Assembly (NCBI GenBank): GCA_038087875.1
Contig: JAXLNO010003993.1
Coordinates: 1-64,000 of the forward strand
Origin: Malacoraja senta
Taxonomy: Eukaryota
DNA length: 64,000 nt
Reading direction: 5' to 3'
In this document: positions 49,350 to 61,733 of the stretch, piece by piece
Layout: the number at the start of each line of letters is the position of its first letter
Position numbering within the stretch: position 1 is the stretch's first letter
Program-made: the position numbers and the translations under genes
The notes under the pieces: generated by a model
The model's database searches: none
What the model saw: the letters and a program-made list of their open reading frames with translations, nothing else
Told to the model about the DNA's origin: nothing

Positions 49350-50690
49350 CCTCCACGTATCCTCGGTGCAGCATGTCAACGTGTATACGAGAATGATAGG
49401 ATTGTTCCTTCTCCAGCACCACATTTCGCCTGTAGGGATACTGCCTTCTCACCGCTCTGCTCAGCATAGGTGATCCTTTAGTTTCTTTGTTAGATTTTCT
49501 CCAAAACAGATTTAGGCATTTGTATATTGGATGGTTTGCAGAGTCTGCATACTTAGGATGAATATTTGGTCTTATTGCATTTTTATGAATACAATTTATT
49601 TCAAAGTGCGCACTACACATGAGTGCTAAGGCATTTTGTTGTGAATACGATATATAACCTTCATCCAAACCACTGACCCCATAAATTTCAGCACTTGTGT
49701 AATTTCAATTCTTGTGAGCGTAAACCACTGCTCAAATTACCCATATCAAGTTTATTCACTGCTGTAACTGCTACAATTTCCCGGGTCTCATATTTTTTTT
49801 GTCTCATCCATGGTTAATTCCTGGGGCTGATGGGAGAGTAGATAATTTATAGTCATAGCTATTTCCTCTCTCAAAGGTTCCCCTGTTACTCTGGGAACAG
49901 CAAAGTTTTGTGCCAGCCTTGGAACATTTGTGGCTCTGATAATGGGCTCTGGTCCTCATTTAAATCATCATCTAAATTTAAATATTCATTTTTATGTTGG
50001 GTAATTTCTGGCTCCCCTGTTTCAGGTAAGTCTCTGCCAGATTCCCCCTGCGCGGGCTCTCTTGTAGGCCCACGGACAGGCAGCCCTGCTTCAGGTGCTG
50101 CTGGCTCTGGCTCAATTCTAGGCCAACGCTTCATTATTTTTACACTTTATATTTGTCGGTGCTGGCACATTTATCATTGCACGTTTGTGCTGCCTTTAGT
50201 TCAGGCATTTCTAGTACTGGCTCTCCAATAGGCCAACACATAACTTGCCTTTTTTATGGCATTTTGGGGCACTGGCTCTCCTGTAGGCCAACCTCTTTAA
50301 TGTTTCTGCACAGGCACTGATGGCTCTCCTGTAGGCCACCCTTGTGCCTGTTCCAAGGCACCTCCTGTGCTATACTTCATTGGCCAACACCGACTTAAAT
50401 CCTCCTGTGGGGGTTCTTTACAAATCATCTGCCCCATAAGGAGTTATAATGTTTTTGACCCTTGCAGTGTAATACTCTTTCCTGCCTGAGGAGGGCATAC
50501 CTCCGGGTCTGACTCATCCGAGTCTACAGGTCGGGCCGATTTTTGCCTTGCGCCCGCCCGCGGCGGTTTAACGCACATTCGACCACAACTGGAGTTAATG
50601 GCTTCGCTGCCACTGACTCCCCTGACTGACGCCCGCTACCCTTAGGATCTGGGGTTTTACTACAGTGCGTCCCTGGCCGCCTCTCCTTCC
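49350..50690 (-). pseudogene. DIRS1 gag-like ORF1, heavily disrupted; boundaries approximate
   Basis: Position between the left ITR and pol; remnants such as NCIHKNAIRPNIHPKYA; only short broken ORFs remain. Confidence 0.55.
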
Positions 50691-53170
50691 CATTTCTCCA
50701 TAATAAACTTGTGTGGAGTTCCACCAAACAAGTCTAAACGGGAAGGAAACGCTCCTGTAAGTGAAAAGTAACCCACTTACCTTCCGACTTTTGTTTTACT
50801 CACCGGCTGGAGGAGCTCCTGCTCCTCCACACACGGTCATGAACGCTATGCGTCTGATCGATAATGACGCGTGTGCGGCTGGACGGGGCTTCTTCACGTA
50901 GTCACTCACGTGACTCCGAAGTAAAATCAGCTGGGGAGGGGATGATGGGCAGATGGAGCAAAGTTGGTGTATGGGTGGTTGTGGGAGAACAAATGAACAC
51001 CAGTGGTATGGATAAGCTGAAATGTGAAAACTTTATATTCATATAAAGTTACCCAGGTGGATTATCAGATATTTTACTTTAAACTTTCTGTGCCCAAGGT
51101 TAACGACAGATGGGTCAGTGTGTGAGTGGGAAGGGGTATTAAAATACCATACAACAGATCTCAGGATGATCTTTACTTCAAAGGGATGTGCTGTACAAAA
51201 TGGTTGACATCTAAGCTAGTTTCTCCACAGTGTGAGCAATGATTGCAGTATAGAAAGTTGAAAGAGATGCAAGTGAACCTCTGTCTCATTTGAACAGTTT
51301 ATTCTCCTGTTGTTCACCTCTTCCTCCTCCTCTCCTACCTGTTTCCATCTACCCATTATCCTCTCCCCACCTGGTTCTACGTTTGATCTACCAGCCTCTG
51401 TCCTATTCCTCCCTGATAGCTATATATTGGCAATTCATCCTCTTCCCTCACAGGTCTGGTGCAGGTTCTTGACCCTATTTGTGACATCAACCATTTGTCC
51501 CAATAATTTTGCTTGAGCCATTGAATGCTTTCAGTCTTCTGTTTTTAGTTGCTGATTCCATTAGCTACAGTCATTATTGGATAGAATATATTTTGTTTTA
51601 ACACTGCATTTAGTCTGAGACACAGCACCAATAAATGTTGTTACATAACGCTTGGTTATTTGATGTCAAAAGTCTTGATTGTTTGTACTTTGTACATTTC
51701 TAATCTAATGCAAAGAATTTATCATCCATATGAATATAAAATTGTCCACAGTGACTGGTGGCACAGTGATCAAGTTCATTTTATGTGGCTCATTTGGTAC
51801 AAGTTCTGCTCTTGAGATTTCACCTAATAATAGTTGCCTGTAGAATGTGTTTGATGAATAGACCATTGCGTATAAGATTTTTGGAAATAGATTGGCATGA
51901 AATCCAAGTAAACACATTGGATTGCACCCTGTTTTATAGTGGCTTCATGTTGCCAAGTAAAGGCAAGATATATGGAATGTGCAAGATATAATATGAAAGA
52001 TATAATATGCAAGGCGCAAAATTAAATTGTTGTTAAGAAAGTGTAAGGCCTCCATTTATTTGCAACAGCATCAATCACAGTATTCTTACGTCAAAGTTGA
52101 TTTTGTATTTTTTAAAGAATGAATGGGAACAAAATGATCAAAAATGAATTGGCAGTCAAAGTAATACAAGGTTGTAGTGGAGACAAGTGTGTAGGAACAG
52201 GCCACTCTGCCTATCCTGCCAATACTGGTGCATATGGTCCACATGACCCTCTTCCCACCTTATGCGATCTGCAACATGGTTGGCAAGTCTGTGCTGGATT
52301 CTCCAATGTAGAACCGACTATTCTTTTCTCTTTTGTGTTTGCCCAGCCATCCCCTAAATGCAATTCATTGATCTGGATCCTCATTCTCACCTGTATTGGG
52401 TGGGAGGGGAGGAGAGGGAGCATTCTCTGTCGAATTCCCTGCTGGATTTTATGGTGGAAAAGTTTTCACCATAGTGATTCATTTAAAAGCTTTATGTATT
52501 TTAATATCTCCCTTCAGCCACTTCTCAAAGGGGTGGAGGGCAGGGGGTGGATGACTTACCCAGGGACATTCGATGACCGTGTTTTGTTTATTTTATCCAA
52601 ACATTTTTGATATAGATTAATATAGTATTTTTTTTTGTATCTTGGGTAAGCACATTGAAATAGCAATGGATGGCGTGTTCAGAAAATTATTTCTGATTTG
52701 TCCTCGCTTTGTGAACACCAAACCAATGTATGCAGCTGCAAAAAGTCATTGGCAGCAGGGTCTCAGTTCCTTTTAAGCATCCCAGTTATCATGTTCTTCG
52801 ATGCAGAGGAAATGTGGCCACGATAAATACAAAAATGTTGAAATGCAGAATATAAAAGTAATAGGAATTCAGGGATTTGAGCCTCAACTATTATTCCATG
52901 TGATCAATTGTGACCTAAAATTTATACCTTGATCCTTTTATTTCTCTGATCCTTTGACCATACAAATAACATATAACTCCTTGTATAAATTCAATGATCT
53001 GTGTTCAACTGCTTCCAGTGGTATAACATTCCACACCTTCATCATTCTGTGGGAGAAGTAATCGCTCTTCATCTCAACTTGAAGCCTGATCATCAGATTG
53101 TGACCACTGGGTCCTGAACTGACCGGATTTCCCTCTTGAATATATGTATGCGTACTTTTCTACACATATA

Positions 53171-53201
<31 letters not shown>

Positions 53202-55334
53202 GTGCACATTGATTTTGTTTTTCTCTTTCTCGTTTTTCATATTGTTTACCATGTACTATGTTTACATATTCCGTTGTGCTGCAGCGAGTAAGAATTCATT
53301 ATATTATCTGGGACATATGACAATAAAATACTCTTGACTCTCTTCAATCTGTACAGACCCATAAGAATGTTGTAGTTGATTTTGAATGGTCCTAATCACA
53401 ATGTAAAACTAATCGCCCAAATCGCCCTTCATACATTAGTCCTCCCATCCCTGAAATCTGATCAACCTTCACGGCACTCCCTCCATAACAAGAACATTCT
53501 TCTTAAGATCAGGAGACTAAAACTGCAGACGCCATGGTCTTGGCAAGTACATTTCTCAGAATAACATGATGTATCTTTAGAAAGGGATAAGGAGGAATCT
53601 CAAGAGTCAGAGGGTGGTGAATCACATATTAAGTTCTTGGAGCTCTGGAAAATTATCAATCTTTGATGGGAAGAATGGATAGGGAGGCTGCTCACTTTGC
53701 TGGAGGGTTTGAGAGTGGACAAGGAATTCTATGCAACGTGCGTTTGGAATGTCAAGTGTATGGCACGTAGATGTTGTGTAATTGGCTCCATTATGCCCTT
53801 AGTGCATTGGAAAAGGTAAACGGGGTTTTCACCTAAGATGACATTTTCTGCTAACTGCACTTTATGGTAAGCAAGTAGGCTGGCTTTGGGAAACAATTAG
53901 ATGATTGAGGGCTCACTTAGAATAACTGGGAAATTATGGAGCAGCCTACAAGGATATTTAGTGTAGCTAAAGGATAAGTTAAACCTTTCTTTTCTCCGAG
54001 ACATGCAAGAATAGCACGGTGCTTGATTTAATGCAGAACCTTTGAAGGACAGTGGCTGGGCCTGCAAGATCTCCACACCAGCCATCATAAATAGGAGTCT
54101 CCAATGGGAAGAAGACTGTGAGACTTGATGGTATTTGCCACGGCTTCTATCATTTAACACATTGAGCTGAAAGCCATGAGATTCGTTGCTTTTTTAATGC
54201 TTTGTCTTGTAATTTGACGTAATAAAGATAGTCATTTGTACCCTTGAAATTTTCTTTCTCCGTTCATTGATCCAAATCCTATTTATGTTTCATCACAAAG
54301 AGAGAATTGGATAAACTAATTGTGAGCAAAAACATGCAAAACTACAGTCTAAGGGCTGGGGTTGAACAAGTGATTTTCTCCAGTAGAGAGGTGGCATTGG
54401 CCTGATAGGATGAATGGTCCCCATCAGCACAGTAAACATTTAAATGATCCATTGATTTGTATTTATCATCGTATATCAAATAAACTTAGGGATACGGAAG
54501 GAGAAATATTTTGGCCTGTTTATATGGTGCAAAATAACCCACCCCAGAACAATAAATAGTTGTGAATTTACACTTAATATTACCTGTCACTGAAGCAGAG
54601 TGCAGAGGTTCTCAAATTCATTTAAGAAATAGTATTAAGGCGACTGTATAGAAAATGGTGGGTATTGCTTGGCAGCAAGATGGGAGTAGTATTGTAGTGG
54701 TTGTGATGAGGTGTTTTGATGGCAGTGATCATAATTTAGCATGATTAAAGTAGCAATGTACACTAGGAACGCAGGTTCGCAGCTGAGGTGAAAACATTTC
54801 CAAGACTGCAACATAATTTAACAGAAATGTAATACAAAATGTAATAAAATAGGGCAATTAAATGGTGACAGTTAACAGATCTCTGGGGATACTAGAAACT
54901 GCAGATATTGGATCGTTGAGCAAAACTGTTGGAGGAACACAGTGGGTCAGGCAACATCTGTGGGATGGAATGAACCAACGACAATTCAGGCTGGAACTCT
55001 TGTTCAGACTGGTGACTTCAAAACGTTGTCAGTCGATTCCCACCACAGATGCTGCCTGACCCACTGAATTCTTCATGCACTTTGTTTTTAACACACCAGC
55101 TGGAAAGAGTCCAGAGAAGATTTACAAGGAGACTTGATAGTGGCATTTGAAGTCTTTAGAAAGGCATAGATATGCAGGGAAAGGATGGATATGGAACATG
55201 TGTTGGTGGAGGAGATTAGTTCAACTTGGCATCACGTTTGGAACAGAAGGTGTGGCCCCAAGGGCCTGTTCCAATGCTGAACTGTTCTGCAAGTCACTGA
55301 GTCTCTGTTCAGGGAGGGTGAGGTTGAGAAGGCT

Positions 55335-56200
55335 CTGATTTCAATAGAAAATAGGTGCAGGAGTAGGCCATTCGATCCTTCGAGCCAGCACCGCCATTCA
55401 ATGTGATCATGGCTGATCATCCCCAATCAGTACCCCGTTCCTGCCTTCTCCCCATATCCCCTGACTCCACTATTTTTAAGCGCCCTATCTAGCTCTCTCT
55501 TGAAAGCATCCACTGCCCTCTGAGGCAGAGAATTTCACAGACTCACCACTCTCTGTGAGAAAAAGTGTTTCCTCGTCTCCGTTCTAAATGGCTTACTCCT
55601 TATTCTTAAACTGTGGTCCCTGGTTCTGGAAATGTGGCCCCTGGTTCTGGATTTCATTCCTTAGAGTGCAAAAGGATGGGGTGATATGAAAGAGGTTTAC
55701 AAAATTATGTGAGCAATCAATCAGGTAAATGCGCTTGAGTTTTTTGCCCACAATAGGGGACTCGAGAACCAGAGGATATAGATTTACGGTGAGAGGTGGG
55801 TGAGTGTGGAGATTTAATAGGAACCTGGGGATAACATTTTTACACAAAGAGTGGTGGGTATATGGAACGAGCTGCCAGAGGAGGAGGTTGAGACAGGTAC
55901 TATCATAACAATAAATATACTATTGGACAGGTACATGCATAGGATAGGTTTCGAGGGTTATGAGCCAAGCGTGGGGAGTTGGGACTAATGTAGATGGGGC
56001 ATGCTGTGCCGAAAAGCCCGTTTCGACGCAGTCTTACTAGGGGCAATTTACAAAGGGCAATTAACCGATAAACCTGCACGAGTTTGGAATGTGGGTGGAG
56101 ACCAGCGCCCGGAGAAAACCCACGTACGACGTTCACACAGACAGCGTCCGTAGTCGGGATCAAACCCGGGTCTCTGACGCTGCGAGGCATCCGTTCGACT
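55335..56200. mobile_element. HER1/CR1 LINE 3' fragments (both strands) and a V-SINE (~55990-56200, -)
   Basis: ataggtgcaggagtaggccattcg...catggctgatc (HER1-type tail); gaaccagaggatatagatttacggtgag; SINE core. Confidence 0.75.
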
Positions 56201-57138
56201 GCTGCGAATTTTGTTTGTATTTTCTGATTTAAATCAAAGATGTTGGTATAGATATGAGTTCCATGTTTAGGAAATGTGTGAATGTCAGCAAAGTTGTTTG
56301 CAGGTGTAGTATTAGGCAAGATGTAAACTGCCTTGACATTCAATAACATTACCAAGCTAACTCCTCCGCCATCAATCTCTGTTCCAATAATAATTGAATC
56401 ACCGTCTTTTTGACCAGACAGTAGGACTCGCGTGAACTTGGAAGCTGCAGGGAAAATGACTAATTTGGACTGGTGTTACTTTTGGCCACTGAATGGAAGA
56501 TTATAATCATTTTCCTCTGGACGGTGGAATCAACACACTTTCGCTTTCCAAGCGGGCAATTAGTGCTGTTCTCCCTTTGAAATCTACCATGTAAAAATAG
56601 CACCTGCAGATCAAGATCCAAATTGACCGCCATTCTGATTTGGAAATATGTCCTGATCCTCAGTATTGCAAATGCCGAATCGCCCCACGCCGACAGAATA
56701 TTGTACTGGCGCATGGAGGTCTTCAGCGGTGGAAAAAAAGATGGCTCTTCACTGTAGATGATATGTGCATGTACCTTTAACATAGTGACCTCACCACTAC
56801 TAACCACTCCCCACATCACTGGTATAATTACAACCTTCCCACCCAGTTCTCTCTCTCTCTGGTTCCAGTGACAGACCACGGACAGCTAGGGCAGCAATAA
56901 ACAGTAGTAAAGATACAGTGCATTATGACCCATCTTTACATTCACCACGTAGTCAAAGGCAAAAAGGAAATGTTAATACAACCTTGCTACCTGCTTAAAA
57001 TAAACACTGGGTGCTGCAATCGATAGATACAACGTGTTGGTTTATTATTGACACGGGTAACTAGATACAGTGAAAACCCCTTTGCGTGGTATTCTGCCAA
57101 ATCATACTATGCATGAATACAATTAAGCCATACATAAG

Positions 57139-57696
57139 TGTGAGATGCAAAATCACAAACGCTTTTAGAAACAAAGTGGGCAAAGAAGCTTTTTATTTAA
57201 ATCATATTCTGCAGAATAGGTGCCTCTCCTCTGATGTCCCCTAGAGGCACACCGAGGATCGGGATGTCTTCTATCTTGATACATTTCATGGGTATCATTG
57301 TCACACCCTCATCCATCCCCATTGAGCTTCTTCCAATCATAACATAAAGCCCACATTCCCACGAGAACGTCCTGGAACGTCCACCCGACGTCAAAGACAC
57401 CTCCCATATCATGCATCGCATGTGCATTTAAATTAGGCATCTTGTCATAGTGGCTGTGTGTACATATTCATGTAAGTTCATTAGGCATGCACAGATATGT
57501 TTGACCTTATGTACTTTCTCACTTTCTACTTACTTCTCAAATCTTCTGCTGAATTTGCTACTTTTTATCTAGAATTTCTCTCTGTTCTATATATCGTTAT
57601 TTTCTATTTTACCAGCAGTCTGGCTTCTGCTGACACCCCAAGCCATTTTTCTATCCCTAGTTTAAATCAACTATGTCTGTTAACTCTTTCCTCACA
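57139..57696 (-). mobile_element. ERV 3' LTR (558 bp)
   Basis: TGTGAG...CTCACA terminal inverted hexamers, PPT (AAAAAAGAAAAGGGT) immediately upstream, AATAAA at ~57193-57198. Confidence 0.85.
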
Positions 57697-57732
57697 ATCT
57701 ACCCTTTTCTTTTTTGCTACGCAACCTTTGAT

Positions 57733-59644
57733 TTATACTATATCTTCCTTTTCTAATGCTAGCAGCAGATTCTTCGCCTCCCTATCCCCCTCTCGTTGGT
57801 TATACTGTGTTCTGAAGGCCATCATGGTGGCGGCGCTGTTCTTTGTCAGGGCTGTTTCTATCAATCGCTGAGCCAATCCCCGTACGCAGGGAATGATACA
57901 ACATCCGAACAAACACAGAAACCCCACCATGACTACCACTGATGTTAGAGCTGAGGTAAAGATGTGCTTCCATTTCCCAAACCAGGATTCTAGAAACCCA
58001 GTCCAGGAGTTGTCTACTCCAGAGTTCTCAGCCAATTCGATAGTCAGAGAGGTGAGACCTGCTAGGGCTCTTGACACTGACCCATCCGGAGCAGTGTTGT
58101 TGGGGATGAATGTGCAACATTGTTCGCCAAACATTACACATACCCCTCCCTTCTCAGCCAGTAGCATGTCCAAGGCCATGCGATTTTGCCAGGCCATTTG
58201 GCTGGTAGCTGTCAGTTGTTCCGCTAATTCTTCAACTGCATCTCGAGTGTAATTTATAAAGCGTTGTTGATTGTAGTATAGGTAGTTGATCCAGTCCACA
58301 TTTTTATTAATTGTGGACCACCAGAAGATCATGGACTCAAAGCCCGCAGCTATCTGGTTTCTGGCTTTGAATTCATCGGGTACCCCTCTTGTCACCCCTA
58401 ACGCATCTATATATATATATGTGTGTGTCGAATGATCCTTTCACCCCTCTCTTTTGTCGTTGGCTTCCTTCATTGAGTTCTACAGCATGTTCTACTGCTA
58501 TGGTGAAGGGCATCATCAGTTGTGTGAGGGTACACGTTCCCGTCCATGACCCCGGTAACCGGGGCCACAGGGTATTCTCCCCGCACCACCACCAGACATC
58601 GGCTCTACTGACTATCTGTTCTTTTAGCCAGGAGCTATTGAACAGTGGTCCCTGTTCCTCAGCCGTTATGTTATACGTCTGATTGCAGTTGAGCACCTTC
58701 CCCATATCCTGTCCCTCTGGGTTATTTCTTGTATAGCACTCAAACCCCTCCTCCCCAAGAGGACTGGTAAATGGAGGAGGTCGAGGATCTTCCCTTCGGC
58801 CCTTCATATTGTTGTTGCTGGTCGGAAATAGGTAATGATAACTCTGGCATATCACATTCTTTGGTAAGAGGGGATTCGTGAATAGCTGTAGTATACATGA
58901 CATAGCCCTAGGTGTTCTATTCCAATTCAGGGGAAATGGTACTGGGACCAGCTGAGGCCTAGCTCCGGCGCAGGTGTAACAATTGGTTCATTGCATACTT
59001 CTGGCTGTGTACATCATCCAGGCAAGCCAGGTGTTGGCTCCTTTTTCCCCTGTTGGTATTCCCTTCTCATATAACTGCCTTCATCCTGTTTCTCCTTCTA
59101 CTATCATTATATTCAGATCCTTAGACCCATTCTCCCTGGTGACTTTGCTGACTACTGGTGGTGCTGGTGTTGCCCCGGGATCCCTATTCTGACTGTCATC
59201 TATCTTGAACACCTTTCCCCTATCCTCGTATCTTACCATCTCCCCATCCCGCTTCACTTCTATCTCAAACTTCAGACATGTGTCCTTCCCTGTTCTATCT
59301 GCACATATCCAATACCTACCACTTTCCTGCATTTGAACACTCTGTATGCTCACATATATACGTCCTGGCAATTTCTCGTTCGGGTTTTGATATATTTTCC
59401 ACCTATCAGTTTGATAGGTGGGCTGATGCCACCCATCTCTTGATGAAGTAAACACCGCGTGCCAATTTCTACAGGGATGGGTGCATACATACATTCTATA
59501 GCCACACCACCATTTTCCTTTACATACATTAAATGGGATGGTGGTGGACCTTCTATTCTGTGGTATTGTGATTTTTATGCATGTTATATTACTCACGAGT
59601 TGGGTAACCACCCAACACACGACCCACCAACACGAAATCTTCAT
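57733..59644 (-). pseudogene. env: Class I (gamma-type) ERV envelope with two in-frame TGA stops and (AT)n frameshifts
   Basis: Signal peptide MKISCWWVVCWVV; CYTC (CxxC) 58970-58981; furin site RQKR 58448-58459; ISD QNRMALDMLLAEKGG; CX6CC (CVMFGEQCC); TM helix. Confidence 0.93.
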
Positions 59645-59950
59645 TTTTCCCGCGGGTTCTTGGTAAATATTAAAGTCAATGGTTCCTCTCCTTTGCGCAC
59701 AGTCCACGGGCTGATATTGTCTGGTGGGGCCTCCACAGGACCCTTAACTCGACTTGCGTGTGTCCACCCTTTCTCTTTTGTTCGCACTGCCGTCTCGGTG
59801 ATTAGTAACACCAGGTAGGGTCCAGTCCACTTAGGTTGCAGCTTTTCTTCTTTCCACGTTTTTATTAATACCCAGTCTCCAGCCTTGACTGAGTGTATCG
59901 GGAAGTCCAGTGGTGGGCTCTGGGCCAGCAATCCTTTAATTTTTAGTTCT
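59641..59950 (-). pseudogene. pol: ERV integrase C-terminal fragment
   Basis: GDWVLIKTWKEEKLQPKWTGPYLVLLITETAVRTKEKGWTHASRVK (GPY/F motif). Confidence 0.9.
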
Positions 59951-60654
59951 ATATCATGCATCGCATGTGCATTTAAATTAGGTATCTTGTCATAGTGGGT
60001 GGGTGTACATATTCATGTAAGTTCATTAGGCATGCGCAGATATGTTTGACCTTATGTACTTTCTCCCTTTCTACTTACTTCTCAAATCTTCTGCTGAATT
60101 TGCTACTTTTTATCTAGAATTTCTCTCTGTTCTATATATCGTTATTTTCTATTTTACCAGCAGTCTGGCTTCTGTTGACACCACAATCCATTTTTCTATC
60201 CCTAGTCCAAATCAACTATGTCTGTTAACTCTTTCCTCACAATCCACCCTTTTCTTTTTTGCTACGCAACCTTTGATTTCTACTATCTTCCTTTTCTAAT
60301 GCTAGCAGCAGATTCTTCGCCTCCCTATCCCCCTCTCGTTGGTTATACTGTGTTCTGAAGGCCATCATGGTGGCGGCGCTGTTCTTTGTCAGGGCTGTTT
60401 CTATCAATCGCTGAGCCAATCCCCGTACGCAGGGAATGACACAACATCCGAACAAATACAGTAACCCCACCATGACTACCACTGATGTTAGAGCTGAGGT
60501 AAAGCAGTGCTTCCATTTCCCAAACCAGGATTCTAGAAACCCAGTCCAGGAGTTGTCTACTCCAGAGTTCTCAGCCAATTCGATAGTCAGAGAGGTGAGA
60601 CCTGCTAGGGCTCTTGACACTGACCCATCCGGAGCAGTGTTGTTGGGGCTGAAT
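59951..60654 (-). mobile_element. Second ERV fragment: env TM 3' end, PPT and 291 bp of U3, fused to the integrase fragment
   Basis: 59951-60241 matches LTR 57406-57696; 60242-60654 matches the PPT and env 3' end with a few substitutions. Confidence 0.9.
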
Positions 60655-60696
60655 CGCCCGTTCACACACGCGCGCGTGGAGGGCGTGCATGTGTGC

Positions 60697-60890
60697 GGGC
60701 ACACAATACTCCAGGTGTGGTCTCACCAGGGCCCTGTACAACTGCAGAAGGACATCTTTGCTCCTATACTCTACTCCTCTGGTTATAAAGGCCAACAGGC
60801 CAAAACTGCACACAATACTCCAGGTGTGTTCTCATCAGGGCCCTGTACAACTACAGAAGGACCTCTTTGCTCCTATACTCAACTCTTCTT
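60697..60890 (-). mobile_element. Short CR1 RT fragment in tandem duplicate
   Basis: cacacaatactccaggtgtg...cagggccctgtacaact occurs twice (~60697 and ~60808); translates LLQLYRALVRPHLEYCV. Confidence 0.8.
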
Positions 60891-60949
60891 GTTATTCAGA
60901 TTCAGATTCAGATTATTTAATGACCACACAGTCAAGCTGGTGGAATTCT

Positions 60950-61262
60950 AGTTTAGTTTAGAGATACAGCACGGAAACAGGCCCTTCGGCCCCACCGAGT
61001 CCGTGCCGACCAGCGATCCCCGCACACTAACACTATCCTACACACACACAGGGGGACAATTTACAATCTTTACCAGAAGCCAATTAACCTACAAACCTGC
61101 ACATCTTTGGAGTGTGATAGGAAACCAGAGCGCCCGGAGAAAACCCACGCAGGTCACGGGGAGAGAACGTGCAAACACCGCACAGACAGCACCCGTGGTC
61201 GGGATGGAACCGGGGTCTCTGGCGCCGTGAGGTGGTAACTCTACCGCTGGGTCACCGTGACG
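60950..61262 (-). mobile_element. V-SINE (HE1-like)
   Basis: (tttag)n tail, V-domain core and tRNA-like head, all on the minus strand. Confidence 0.85.
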
Positions 61263-61289
61263 ACCAGAGAGGGAGGGAGAGGTGGATAC

Positions 61290-61470
61290 TTCTCTCACCC
61301 TCTCTCTCTCTCTCTCTCTCTCTCCCTGATTCTCTCTCTCTCTATCTCCCTCATCCCTCTCTCCCCTCTCTCTCTCTCTCTCTCTCTCTTCTCCCTCTCT
61401 CTCTCTCCCCCCCCCCTCTCCCTCTCTCTCTCTCCCTCTCTCTCTCCCTCCATCCCTCCATCCCCCCCTC
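61290..61470. repeat. (CT)n/polypyrimidine low-complexity tract
   Basis: Seen directly. Confidence 0.95.
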
Positions 61471-61539
61471 CTTTGTTCTCTCCATTCCACCCTCAATGCC
61501 CCAAAAAACAACAAAACACCCGGAACCAAAACGACGGCG

Positions 61540-61702
61540 TTTCGCCCTCCACCCGGACGCCTGAGACCCGCCGTCCCACTTTGCCAGCGCCGGTGCGCCG
61601 CCCTAAAGCGTCCCCCCTTTCCCCGGAAGCGCCTTTGTGGATGAGAGGTTCGCCACCCGACCGGAAGTGGTGCGGGAATCCAGCTGTGAAGAGCAGGTAA
61701 GG
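61540..61702 (+). promoter_or_regulatory. Putative CpG-rich promoter / first exon with ETS motifs and a splice donor
   Basis: CpG-dense; CCGGAAGC 61623-61630, CCGGAAGTG 61661-61669, CAG|GTAAGG at 61696/61697. No downstream exon identified. Confidence 0.35.
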
Positions 61703-61733
61703 ATAAAAGCGCTGCCATGCAGCGGGAGGCAGC

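Larger units (their letters stand above)
45865..50927 (-). mobile_element. Full-length (~5.06 kb) decayed DIRS1 retrotransposon
   Basis: Left ITR 50865-50927, gag-like region, RT/RNase H, methyltransferase-like domain, YR, ICR 46091-46204, right ITR 45865-45974; shared AAT trinucleotide at both ends. Confidence 0.95.

Noticed and set aside
52119-52610. 163-aa ORF
   Set aside because: Non-ATG start, no recognisable motif or splice signals; consistent with chance in old repeat debris.
59300-59365. Captured Ig V-domain in env (IYVSIQSVQMQESGRYWIC resembles the D-x-G-x-Y-x-C motif)
   Set aside because: Spacing is off by one, and the stretch with TGKD...FEIEV followed by a Pro-rich linker fits the end of a gamma-type receptor-binding domain better.
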